A DNA stretch of 64,000 nt from TPA_inf: Saccharomyces (lineage: Eukaryota): NCBI GenBank assembly GCA_000146045.2, contig BK006934.2, positions 288,001-352,000 of the forward strand, written 5' to 3'. The position numbers were made by a program, and so were the translations under genes. The notes below the pieces were generated by a model. It was not told the origin of the DNA, did not search any database, and worked only from the letters and a program-made list of their open reading frames with translations. Positions 11,145 through 23,700 of this stretch are shown here, piece after piece. Position 1 is the stretch's first letter. Every line of letters begins with the position of its first letter.

Positions 11145-13934
11145 TCAAAACTGCACAAATTTTTGATGGATATTTTCGTGAGTTGCGGCAGTCGAGACTT
11201 TAATGAAATCGTCTTTTTGAAGTTTTTCTTGAATTTTTTTATGCATTATCACCAAGTAATTGTCATATGATTCGATTCTGTTGACGGTCTTGTCCTCGCA
11301 AAGCAATTGACTCATCACATTACTGTAATATTGATCAACATTAGGCCTCAACAAGACTAACGGCAATGATGACTTGTTGACTACTTGTTGCCAGTTTTTA
11401 ATGACGTTTGAAGCCTTTTGATTAATACTAGTGCCCGTCTCAGGCAATGTTCCACTAAATAACGAAATTTGGCTGACGGGCAAGGATTCATCCACTGACA
11501 GCAGGTCTTGCAAGAGCATTCTATTGGTGTTCTCATTAAACCATAGATAGATAGTATCACCTTGGAAAATCAAGTAGCAACCGCCGTTAATGAAATTAGA
11601 GTGTGAGGCTCTTACAGATAGATTATTAATAGAGCTGGAGTTGATCTGTAATAATTTATCATTAGCATCGTAAAAGGTCAGATCAGTTTCCTCTAATAAT
11701 ACATGGAATGGCACAATTTGTGGATAAAGTTTGTAGCAAAGTTGTGCTGAGTTCAATGAATCGTACTTCAATAAATCATAAATTCGTTCATTACCACGGG
11801 TACTTTGAGCGTTTGGCTTCATTAATTCGCTTTTTTCAAATGCTAACATGTAAGCAGGCAATGTCTTTATAGAATCCGGCAGTATCAATTGCGTTGATGA
11901 GTTACTGCTAACCAATCCTCTATATTGGGTCAAGATTTCGACCATCTTGTCATCAATTAATCTTCTGATCTTTACAAAGTCACAATCACCGAGCGTCTTT
12001 ATGACATCTTTGATCATTATTCTCATGACAGGATTTTGATTTATAAACTTGAAAATTTCACGAATGTTATTAGATACCGCACCTGACGTGTTAATAGAAC
12101 GAACTTTTCTGACACCATCAATATCAGTATATAACAATGCAGTTTGGAAATGAACATCGGTTCCTGTTTTTATTTTACTGTCATATTTTAGTAAGACATC
12201 TAAGGTGGTATCTCTAGTCAATACAGGAATAATTGGATCATGATCCGTATTATCAGATGAATCGCAGTAGTACTGTTCCACAGATAGCCCAGTAGAACAG
12301 CGAACTTTCAATAAAGCTTGATAACCAACAATATTGGAGACATTTGTAACCATGTCGTTAACCAAAGTGAAGGCATCCGTCTCTTGTTGAAAGTGGGGAT
12401 AATATTTCAAAATACCGGAAGTCATCTCTACAGGATGGCCCACAGTGGCCATATCAATGAATCCCGCATTGGTCACATATAAATCTAAAGAAATGTAGGA
12501 TTTCAAAAAATCCGATGCTAATTTCTTATAGAACCCATTGTCGCATTTAACATGAGCAATGTGTGCATTGTCCCTTTTTAGCGATAAATTCCCGTTGCCG
12601 ATCGTTGGCAAGCTGTTCAAAGAACAAATAATCTTACCACCTTGCCCGCCAGTTACTGTGTCTAACGCTAATTTTGCGGCTTGTAAAGCAGAACCATAAC
12701 AGACTTGGGGTACGTGACTATACTTGTCGGTGGAGATGTAACCACTAATTTTTATCAATGTGTCATTAATGATTTTCATCGAGTTTCCGGGTTTAACAAA
12801 TAATCCATTATAAAATGGTAAGAAAACATCGTCCAATTCACTTACAATGTACTCTTGTGCATTATCTAAATCTGGTCTCAAATTAAAGAACCGCAACTTA
12901 TTATCATAAACGATTATAGCAACCTCACAATTTGGCTGGAAATCTGAAATATACTCAATACATGACCTGACACCTTCCACCATGGCTAAAGAACTTCCGT
13001 TCTCATTAGCTAACAATGAAACATCAATCAAAAACACGTAGTGTAGTGGTAAAAGCTCCTTCTCCTGAATAGCATTGTAAATACTTGGCACCAAGAAATC
13101 GACTGTTCCGTGCAATAACTCTGATTTTTCGTTCAAATCACTTCGTTGCCCATTGGGACCCATGGGCGCAAAATGCTCACCTGGAACTTGCATCTTAACT
13201 CTACAAATATTACAAATAACACTTGAATCATAAGTGAACTGAAATTTAGGATTAGCATACGCACGACAACGTCTACAACGCAAAGGCGTACCATCCATTG
13301 GTAATGGAATTGTGGGAACTTCTGCATCATTCGGTGTCAAAGTGGAAAATGGTTGGATGGTTAATCCAAGTGGTAGCTTCGTGGCGGCTCTCAAGTGTTC
13401 ACTTTCGGGGATGTTGTACATGGATAAACTCATCAAGTGCGGATCACATGAACCTTGGTCAACACAATAAAACTGGGTGGTCGGCAAGGGCGGAACAGAA
13501 TCTCTACAAGTTTCGAAAGATCGTTGTAAATATTGAGCTTGATCTTCAAATCTTTGAGTTGGAACAATGTGAGATGTAGGTTGAGGCGCTGTCATATCAA
13601 GCATAGATTGACCATATGGCGAGGAGGCCTCACTCGCACCGAATCGCTCTTGACTCACCATTACAGGCGTGGACATAACGGAACCCGAACCGTTGTTGAA
13701 GCCACCAAATTGCTTAGGGGTAAAGGCTTGAGGTTGTTGAAAACCATCCTGCTGATTCAATTGGGGTGTAGTGTAGGGTGAATTGCCCAAAGTAGGAACA
13801 GTGCCCGAGGAAAAGTTATGATATGCTCTGTGAGGTCTTCTACTTTTTTTGGAAGATGCTCCGCCCGTATGCACAGTAGATTCATCAAGAGAGAGCGCTG
13901 AAACACTAGCTGCCAAAATATTCTGCTGAGACAT
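11145..13934 (-). CDS. SFB3: Sec24-family COPII coat component SFB3/LST1 (929 aa)
   Basis: 929-aa ORF. It has a Sec23/24 zinc finger (CRRCRAYANP...CNIC) and the trunk/beta-sandwich/helical layout. Pro/Gln-rich N-terminus. Confidence 0.88.
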   Translation of the reverse strand: MSQQNILAASVSALSLDESTVHTGGASSKKSRRPHRAYHNFSSGTVPTLGNSPYTTPQLNQQDGFQQPQAFTPKQFGGFNNGSGSVMSTPVMVSQERFGASEASSPYGQSMLDMTAPQPTSHIVPTQRFEDQAQYLQRSFETCRDSVPPLPTTQFYCVDQGSCDPHLMSLSMYNIPESEHLRAATKLPLGLTIQPFSTLTPNDAEVPTIPLPMDGTPLRCRRCRAYANPKFQFTYDSSVICNICRVKMQVPGEHFAPMGPNGQRSDLNEKSELLHGTVDFLVPSIYNAIQEKELLPLHYVFLIDVSLLANENGSSLAMVEGVRSCIEYISDFQPNCEVAIIVYDNKLRFFNLRPDLDNAQEYIVSELDDVFLPFYNGLFVKPGNSMKIINDTLIKISGYISTDKYSHVPQVCYGSALQAAKLALDTVTGGQGGKIICSLNSLPTIGNGNLSLKRDNAHIAHVKCDNGFYKKLASDFLKSYISLDLYVTNAGFIDMATVGHPVEMTSGILKYYPHFQQETDAFTLVNDMVTNVSNIVGYQALLKVRCSTGLSVEQYYCDSSDNTDHDPIIPVLTRDTTLDVLLKYDSKIKTGTDVHFQTALLYTDIDGVRKVRSINTSGAVSNNIREIFKFINQNPVMRIMIKDVIKTLGDCDFVKIRRLIDDKMVEILTQYRGLVSSNSSTQLILPDSIKTLPAYMLAFEKSELMKPNAQSTRGNERIYDLLKYDSLNSAQLCYKLYPQIVPFHVLLEETDLTFYDANDKLLQINSSSINNLSVRASHSNFINGGCYLIFQGDTIYLWFNENTNRMLLQDLLSVDESLPVSQISLFSGTLPETGTSINQKASNVIKNWQQVVNKSSLPLVLLRPNVDQYYSNVMSQLLCEDKTVNRIESYDNYLVIMHKKIQEKLQKDDFIKVSTAATHENIHQKFVQF

Positions 13935-14760
13935 GATGGTCCAATATTCTTCTGCAAATGGCCTCCTTAGTAACCCTCAAAATTACTAATTTCTTCAGTT
14001 GCAAGCTCCGATTTGGTTGAATCAGACCTAAGTTGTTACAGCGTACGTGTTTTTTTTATTTATTTATTTTCTAACATTTTTCTCTTTGGTTTTTCCAGTT
14101 TGATCGTTCCCACGTTGAGACGAAACGAAGGAAAAAAAAGAACATTTTTTTCGCATTGTGCACGGAAGGCTTCACCTTCAATAGGGCAAACAGAAGGACG
14201 AGCTGCATCACTTTTAGCCGCCACTAATCAACTCCTTCAGATAGATCGCCAGAACGCAAATAAGTGAAATTTGAAGATCAACTTGAATCAAAAAGCCAAA
14301 ACTAAGAATTGTACGCTACTCTGCCAGACAATATTTTACGGACACGCGCATTTCAAGACAAAGCCATAATTCATGCCTTTTCAACTAGCATCTGGACGCC
14401 GCTGAGATCATAGGAACAAACAAAACGCACGAAAATAGCTAACGCACGTATCGAATACCAAATCAGTCTGCATTTATTGTACCCTCAAATTACAAATTCA
14501 ACCAACAATTGTTCAAAAGACCACCTTGAATCTTGTGTTTCCTAATTTGGTAAGTGATCACGTGGTCAGACAGTTTTCCAGGTCAAACTGAAAAAAAAGC
14601 TCAAGAACCATTTTTCTTTAATAGCCTTTTTTAGTTGTATTCTAATAAACAACACCAACAAAATCGGAGGTATCACACGTAATTACATAAAGAAGATTAA
14701 ATTCAGAGAAGATCTATCACACGATATCTCCATAGTTACAAAGAATACCGCATTTTGCCG

Positions 14761-17700
14761 ATGTCACTCACTGAGCAGATCGAGCAATTCGCCAGTAGGT
14801 TTCGCGATGATGATGCCACTCTACAATCGAGATATTCCACTCTATCGGAATTGTACGACATAATGGAATTACTGAATTCTCCTGAGGATTACCATTTTTT
14901 CTTACAAGCTGTGATACCTTTACTTCTAAACCAGCTAAAGGAAGTTCCTATTTCATATGATGCGCATTCACCGGAACAAAAGTTGAGAAACTCTATGCTT
15001 GATATTTTCAACAGGTGTCTCATGAACCAAACCTTTCAACCCTACGCAATGGAAGTGCTCGAGTTTTTACTTTCAGTACTACCAAAGGAAAACGAAGAAA
15101 ATGGGATATTATGTATGAAAGTGCTGACGACACTTTTCAAATCATTCAAATCAATACTACAGGACAAACTCGACTCCTTCATACGAATAATTATTCAGAT
15201 TTATAAAAATACACCAAACCTTATAAACCAGACGTTTTATGAAGCCGGGAAAGCAGAACAGGGTGATTTGGATTCACCAAAAGAACCACAGGCAGATGAA
15301 CTTCTCGATGAATTCTCCAAAAATGATGAAGAAAAGGACTTTCCATCGAAACAATCATCCACGGAGCCAAGGTTTGAAAACTCTACCTCATCAAACGGGT
15401 TGAGGTCATCTATGTTTTCCTTTAAAATCCTTTCTGAATGCCCTATTACAATGGTCACTTTATATTCGTCTTACAAGCAGTTGACTAGCACCTCGCTTCC
15501 GGAATTCACTCCTCTTATTATGAATCTATTGAATATACAAATTAAACAACAACAGGAAGCGAGAGAACAGGCGGAATCACGGGGAGAACATTTCACTTCT
15601 ATATCGACGGAGATTATCAACAGACCGGCTTACTGTGATTTTATATTAGCCCAGATCAAGGCCACGTCTTTCTTGGCTTACGTATTCATTAGAGGATACG
15701 CTCCTGAATTTTTGCAGGATTATGTGAATTTTGTTCCTGATTTAATCATAAGGCTTTTACAAGACTGCCCTTCTGAACTATCATCTGCTAGGAAGGAACT
15801 TTTGCATGCCACTAGACACATTCTATCTACAAACTACAAAAAGCTCTTTTTACCCAAATTGGACTATCTGTTTGACGAACGTATACTTATTGGTAACGGT
15901 TTTACTATGCATGAAACATTAAGGCCCCTGGCTTATAGTACTGTGGCAGATTTCATTCATAATATAAGATCTGAATTACAACTAAGTGAAATTGAAAAAA
16001 CAATAAAGATTTACACTGGATATCTATTGGATGAGTCATTAGCCTTAACTGTACAAATCATGAGTGCAAAATTGCTGCTTAATTTAGTTGAAAGAATATT
16101 AAAATTGGGAAAGGAGAACCCACAAGAGGCCCCTAGAGCAAAGAAATTGTTAATGATAATCATTGACTCATATATGAATAGATTTAAAACCTTAAACAGA
16201 CAGTACGATACAATAATGAAGTACTATGGAAGATACGAAACGCATAAGAAGGAGAAAGCAGAAAAGCTCAAAAACTCTATACAGGATAATGACAAAGAGA
16301 GTGAGGAATTTATGAGGAAGGTACTGGAACCATCCGATGACGACCATTTGATGCCACAGCCTAAAAAAGAAGATATCAATGATAGTCCCGATGTTGAAAT
16401 GACAGAATCTGACAAAGTGGTGAAGAATGACGTTGAAATGTTTGACATAAAAAACTACGCACCTATATTATTACTACCCACACCAACAAATGATCCCATC
16501 AAGGATGCTTTTTACTTATACAGAACTTTAATGTCTTTCTTAAAAACAATAATTCATGACTTAAAAGTCTTTAACCCACCTCCTAACGAATATACGGTTG
16601 CTAATCCTAAATTGTGGGCTTCTGTTTCTAGAGTTTTTTCATATGAGGAAGTCATTGTTTTCAAGGATTTATTTCACGAATGTATTATTGGTTTGAAATT
16701 TTTTAAAGATCATAATGAAAAATTATCTCCAGAAACAACAAAAAAACATTTTGATATATCAATGCCCAGCCTACCGGTCTCAGCCACCAAAGATGCTCGT
16801 GAGTTAATGGACTATTTGGCATTTATGTTTATGCAGATGGATAATGCCACTTTTAATGAAATAATTGAACAGGAACTGCCATTTGTCTATGAAAGAATGC
16901 TGGAGGATTCTGGGCTGCTACATGTCGCGCAATCCTTTTTAACAAGTGAAATAACCTCCCCAAATTTTGCTGGCATCCTTTTAAGATTCTTGAAAGGGAA
17001 ATTGAAAGATTTAGGAAACGTTGATTTTAACACTTCTAATGTCCTAATACGACTTTTCAAATTGTCCTTTATGTCCGTCAATCTTTTCCCCAATATCAAT
17101 GAGGTTGTTCTTCTTCCACACTTAAACGATCTAATTCTAAACTCCCTGAAATACTCAACTACAGCAGAAGAGCCTCTAGTATACTTTTATCTTATTAGAA
17201 CTCTTTTTAGAAGTATAGGTGGGGGCAGATTTGAAAACTTATATAGATCGATTAAGCCCATACTACAGGTGCTATTACAATCTTTAAACCAAATGATACT
17301 TACTGCACGATTGCCCCACGAGAGAGAACTTTATGTGGAATTATGCATCACTGTACCAGTTCGGTTAAGTGTGCTTGCTCCTTATTTGCCATTTTTGATG
17401 AAACCATTGGTATTTGCATTACAGCAATATCCTGATCTCGTTTCGCAGGGTTTAAGGACCTTAGAATTATGTATTGATAATTTGACCGCCGAGTATTTTG
17501 ATCCTATAATCGAACCGGTAATCGATGACGTTTCGAAGGCCTTGTTTAACCTTCTGCAACCTCAACCATTTAATCATGCTATCAGCCACAACGTAGTCAG
17601 AATACTGGGCAAATTAGGAGGTAGAAATCGTCAATTTTTAAAGCCACCAACGGACCTCACGGAAAAAACGGAACTAGACATTGATGCGATAGCAGATTTC

Positions 17701-20700
17701 AAAATCAATGGTATGCCGGAAGATGTACCGCTTTCTGTAACGCCAGGAATCCAGTCCGCTTTGAATATATTGCAAAGCTACAAAAGTGATATTCACTACA
17801 GGAAGAGTGCTTACAAGTATCTAACCTGTGTACTACTGTTAATGACAAAATCATCAGCAGAGTTTCCTACGAATTACACGGAACTGTTGAAGACAGCAGT
17901 GAATTCTATAAAGCTAGAGAGGATTGGAATAGAAAAAAACTTTGATTTGGAACCAACTGTAAATAAGAGAGATTATTCGAACCAAGAAAATTTGTTTTTG
18001 AGGTTACTGGAGAGCGTTTTTTACGCAACTTCGATAAAGGAACTAAAAGATGACGCAATGGACCTACTGAATAACCTTTTGGATCATTTCTGCCTATTAC
18101 AAGTAAACACTACGTTGCTTAATAAGAGAAACTATAATGGGACATTTAACATCGATCTAAAGAACCCAAACTTCATGCTAGATAGCTCATTGATTCTAGA
18201 TGCTATTCCCTTTGCCCTTTCGTACTACATTCCAGAAGTTCGTGAGGTGGGTGTTTTGGCGTACAAAAGAATATACGAAAAAAGTTGTCTGATATATGGG
18301 GAGGAACTAGCTTTAAGTCACTCCTTCATACCGGAATTAGCTAAACAGTTTATCCATTTGTGTTACGACGAAACATATTACAACAAAAGAGGCGGTGTCT
18401 TGGGTATAAAAGTTCTCATTGATAATGTTAAGTCGTCCTCAGTTTTCCTAAAAAAGTATCAGTATAACCTAGCCAATGGTCTATTATTTGTGCTGAAGGA
18501 CACTCAGAGCGAGGCCCCATCTGCTATAACAGATAGCGCTGAGAAATTACTAATAGATCTATTAAGTATTACGTTCGCGGATGTAAAAGAAGAGGATTTG
18601 GGTAACAAAGTCTTGGAGAACACACTGACGGACATAGTATGCGAATTAAGTAATGCAAATCCTAAGGTAAGAAATGCCTGCCAGAAGTCCTTACATACAA
18701 TTTCAAACCTCACTGGAATTCCTATAGTAAAATTGATGGATCATTCCAAACAATTTCTTCTATCACCAATATTTGCAAAACCTTTAAGAGCATTACCTTT
18801 CACTATGCAAATCGGTAATGTCGATGCTATCACATTCTGTTTAAGTCTACCAAACACATTTCTAACATTTAATGAAGAACTGTTTAGGTTACTCCAAGAA
18901 TCTATTGTCTTGGCAGATGCAGAAGATGAATCACTATCCACCAATATCCAAAAGACAACCGAATATAGTACTTCCGAGCAATTAGTACAATTAAGAATAG
19001 CGTGCATAAAATTACTTGCGATTGCTCTTAAAAATGAAGAATTTGCCACAGCTCAACAAGGAAACATCAGAATTCGAATTCTAGCTGTTTTTTTCAAAAC
19101 AATGCTGAAAACTTCACCAGAAATTATTAATACTACATATGAAGCTTTGAAAGGTTCCTTAGCAGAAAACTCTAAATTGCCGAAAGAATTACTTCAGAAC
19201 GGATTAAAACCTCTTTTAATGAATTTATCTGACCACCAAAAGCTGACGGTCCCTGGTCTGGATGCTTTATCGAAGCTTCTCGAGTTATTGATTGCATACT
19301 TTAAAGTAGAAATCGGAAGAAAGTTGTTAGATCACCTCACGGCATGGTGCCGTGTTGAAGTTCTTGACACATTATTTGGCCAAGATTTAGCAGAGCAGAT
19401 GCCAACTAAAATAATAGTAAGCATTATTAATATATTTCATCTACTGCCACCACAAGCTGATATGTTTTTAAATGATTTGTTGCTCAAAGTTATGCTTCTA
19501 GAGAGAAAACTACGTCTTCAACTGGATTCTCCATTTCGTACACCACTAGCGAGGTACCTGAACCGTTTCCATAACCCCGTAACAGAGTACTTCAAGAAAA
19601 ATATGACGTTAAGGCAATTAGTGCTTTTCATGTGCAATATTGTGCAAAGACCTGAAGCAAAGGAGCTGGCCGAAGATTTTGAGAAAGAACTCGACAACTT
19701 CTATGACTTTTACATTTCCAATATACCAAAAAACCAAGTACGTGTTGTTAGTTTTTTTACTAATATGGTTGATCTCTTTAATACAATGGTGATCACGAAT
19801 GGGGACGAATGGCTAAAGAAAAAAGGCAACATGATTTTGAAATTAAAAGATATGCTGAACTTGACATTAAAAACAATAAAGGAAAACTCGTTTTACATCG
19901 ACCATCTACAATTAAATCAAAGTATTGCAAAATTCCAAGCTCTTTACCTGCGTTTCACTGAATTATCCGAAAGGGATCAAAATCCTCTGCTCCTAGATTT
20001 CATTGATTTTTCTTTTTCAAATGGTATCAAAGCCTCATATTCCCTCAAGAAATTCATCTTCCATAATATAATAGCAAGTTCAAATAAAGAAAAGCAGAAT
20101 AACTTCATAAATGATGCAACACTTTTCGTTCTATCTGACAAATGTTTGGATGCTAGAATATTTGTACTTAAAAATGTCATAAATTCAACTTTGATTTATG
20201 AAGTGGCAACATCTGGATCTTTGAAAAGCTATCTTGTGGAGGATAAAAAACCTAAATGGTTAGAGTTACTCCACAATAAAATTTGGAAGAACTCAAATGC
20301 AATTTTAGCATATGACGTTCTAGACCATCATGATTTATTCCGTTTTGAACTCTTACAACTGTCAGCAATTTTCATTAAGGCAGATCCAGAAATTATAGCC
20401 GAGATAAAGAAAGATATAATAAAATTCTGCTGGAATTTCATAAAGCTCGAAGATACCCTTATCAAACAATCCGCGTACCTGGTTACATCATATTTCATAT
20501 CCAAGTTTGATTTCCCTATTAAAGTTGTCACCCAGGTTTTTGTTGCCCTATTACGTTCTTCTCATGTCGAAGCTAGGTACTTAGTTAAGCAATCGCTGGA
20601 CGTTCTCACCCCTGTTCTCCATGAACGTATGAACGCAGCTGGGACGCCCGATACCTGGATTAACTGGGTTAAAAGGGTAATGGTAGAAAATTCTTCTAGT

Positions 20701-23700
20701 CAGAACAACATTTTATACCAATTTTTGATAAGCCACCCTGATTTATTTTTCAATTCAAGAGATTTGTTCATATCAAATATTATTCATCATATGAATAAGA
20801 TAACGTTCATGTCAAATTCAAACTCTGATAGTCATACTTTAGCTATTGATTTGGCGTCATTAATTCTTTATTGGGAGAACAAGACCTTAGAAATTACGAA
20901 TGTAAATAATACCAAGACCGATTCCGACGGAGATGTTGTAATGTCCGATTCTAAAAGTGATATTAATCCAGTTGAGGCTGACACAACCGCAATAATTGTA
21001 GACGCTAATAACAACTCGCCTATATCTTTACATTTACGCGAGGCTTGTACGGCGTTTTTGATAAGATACGTGTGTGCAAGTAATCACCGTGCCATAGAAA
21101 CAGAACTAGGATTAAGAGCTATCAATATTTTATCAGAATTAATCTCAGATAAGCATTGGACAAACGTCAATGTTAAACTGGTTTACTTCGAGAAGTTTTT
21201 GATATTTCAAGATCTCGATTCCGAAAATATTCTTTACTACTGCATGAATGCTTTGGATGTGCTTTATGTATTCTTCAAAAATAAGACAAAAGAATGGATA
21301 ATGGAAAACTTACCTACCATTCAAAATCTTCTAGAAAAATGTATCAAATCTGATCATCACGATGTACAGGAAGCTCTGCAAAAAGTTTTGCAGGTAATAA
21401 TGAAGGCAATAAAAGCTCAGGGTGTATCAGTGATAATTGAAGAAGAAAGCCCTGGTAAGACATTTATCCAAATGTTAACCTCCGTGATAACTCAGGATCT
21501 TCAGGAAACCTCATCAGTTACAGCTGGTGTAACTCTAGCTTGGGTACTCTTCATGAACTTTCCGGATAACATCGTCCCATTATTAACGCCTTTGATGAAG
21601 ACGTTCAGTAAGTTATGCAAAGATCACTTAAGCATTTCACAACCGAAGGACGCCATGGCTCTGGAAGAGGCAAGGATTACGACGAAACTTTTAGAGAAAG
21701 TTTTATATATATTATCTTTGAAAGTCTCACTCTTGGGTGACTCCCGTCGTCCTTTCCTCTCCACTGTGGCACTTCTGATTGATCACTCCATGGATCAAAA
21801 TTTTTTGAGGAAAATTGTCAATATGTCCAGAAGCTGGATATTCAATACTGAAATTTTTCCAACTGTTAAAGAAAAAGCGGCTATATTAACGAAGATGCTG
21901 GCGTTTGAGATTAGAGGGGAACCTTCATTGTCAAAGCTATTCTACGAAATAGTCTTGAAACTATTTGATCAAGAACATTTTAATAACACAGAAATTACCG
22001 TTAGAATGGAACAACCTTTCCTCGTAGGAACGCGTGTTGAAGACATCGGTATAAGGAAAAGATTCATGACAATTTTGGATAATAGTTTGGAAAGAGATAT
22101 CAAAGAGAGACTATATTATGTTATACGGGACCAAAACTGGGAATTTATTGCTGATTATCCATGGTTAAATCAAGCTTTACAATTACTATATGGTTCTTTT
22201 AATAGAGAGAAGGAATTATCTTTAAAGAACATTTATTGTTTGTCTCCACCATCGATTTTACAAGAGTACCTCCCAGAAAATGCTGAAATGGTAACCGAAG
22301 TAAACGATCTGGAATTATCAAACTTTGTTAAAGGTCATATAGCTTCCATGCAAGGTTTATGTCGAATAATCTCTTCGGATTTCATCGATTCTTTGATTGA
22401 AATATTTTACCAAGATCCAAAAGCAATTCATAGAGCGTGGGTTACGTTATTTCCCCAGGTATACAAAAGTATTCCAAAGAATGAAAAATACGGGTTTGTT
22501 CGATCTATCATTACATTGCTTTCTAAACCTTATCATACCAGACAAATTTCCTCTAGGACAAATGTGATTAATATGCTATTGGACTCAATAAGTAAAATTG
22601 AATCGTTAGAATTACCCCCTCATTTGGTCAAATACTTGGCGATATCATACAACGCTTGGTATCAATCGATTAACATCTTGGAATCCATTCAAAGCAATAC
22701 TAGCATCGACAATACAAAAATTATCGAAGCCAACGAAGATGCGCTATTAGAACTATACGTCAATCTACAAGAAGAAGACATGTTTTATGGTCTTTGGAGA
22801 CGTAGAGCAAAATACACAGAGACTAACATTGGTTTATCATATGAACAAATTGGCCTTTGGGACAAAGCTCAACAACTTTATGAAGTGGCACAGGTCAAAG
22901 CTCGTAGTGGTGCCTTGCCCTACTCACAGTCTGAGTATGCACTATGGGAAGATAACTGGATACAGTGTGCTGAAAAATTACAACATTGGGACGTATTAAC
23001 TGAATTAGCGAAGCATGAAGGGTTCACGGACTTATTATTAGAATGTGGTTGGCGTGTTGCTGATTGGAACAGTGATCGTGATGCACTTGAGCAATCAGTA
23101 AAAAGCGTTATGGACGTTCCAACTCCACGAAGGCAAATGTTTAAGACCTTTTTGGCTCTTCAAAATTTCGCAGAAAGCAGAAAAGGAGATCAAGAAGTTA
23201 GAAAGCTATGCGATGAAGGAATACAATTAAGTCTAATAAAGTGGGTGTCTCTGCCAATTAGATATACACCAGCTCATAAGTGGCTATTACATGGGTTTCA
23301 ACAGTACATGGAATTTTTGGAAGCGACACAGATATATGCTAACTTGCATACAACAACAGTACAGAATCTGGATTCTAAAGCCCAAGAGATTAAGCGCATC
23401 TTGCAAGCTTGGAGAGACCGTCTACCAAACACATGGGATGATGTCAATATGTGGAATGACCTAGTAACATGGAGACAACATGCATTCCAGGTTATTAACA
23501 ACGCATATCTCCCATTAATACCGGCACTTCAACAATCAAACAGTAATAGCAATATTAATACTCATGCATATAGGGGATATCATGAAATTGCCTGGGTAAT
23601 CAACAGGTTTGCACATGTTGCAAGGAAGCACAACATGCCTGACGTGTGTATCAGTCAGCTGGCACGTATTTACACCCTACCGAATATAGAAATTCAGGAG

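Noticed and set aside
14755-14760. ORF-track starts that are not ATG. TRA1 begins MPM at a TTG. CDC12 begins MYQIM, DMA1 has +22 aa, COX23 has +16 aa and ORC6 has +10 aa, all from TTG or GTG codons.
   Set aside because: Inspection shows these first codons are TTG or GTG, not ATG. Using the first in-frame ATG reproduces the known protein lengths exactly (3744, 407, 416, 151 and 435 aa). The extensions are artefacts of the ORF caller, not N-terminal isoforms.
13935-14760. Searched the intergenic regions (13935..14760, 35040..35400, 38640..38810 and others) for an ARS consensus (WTTTAYRTTTW) and for tRNA A/B boxes
   Set aside because: No exact ACS match and no tRNA-like B box (GGTTCGANTCC) were found by eye. 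I cannot exclude an origin or ncRNA without a proper scan, so none is reported.
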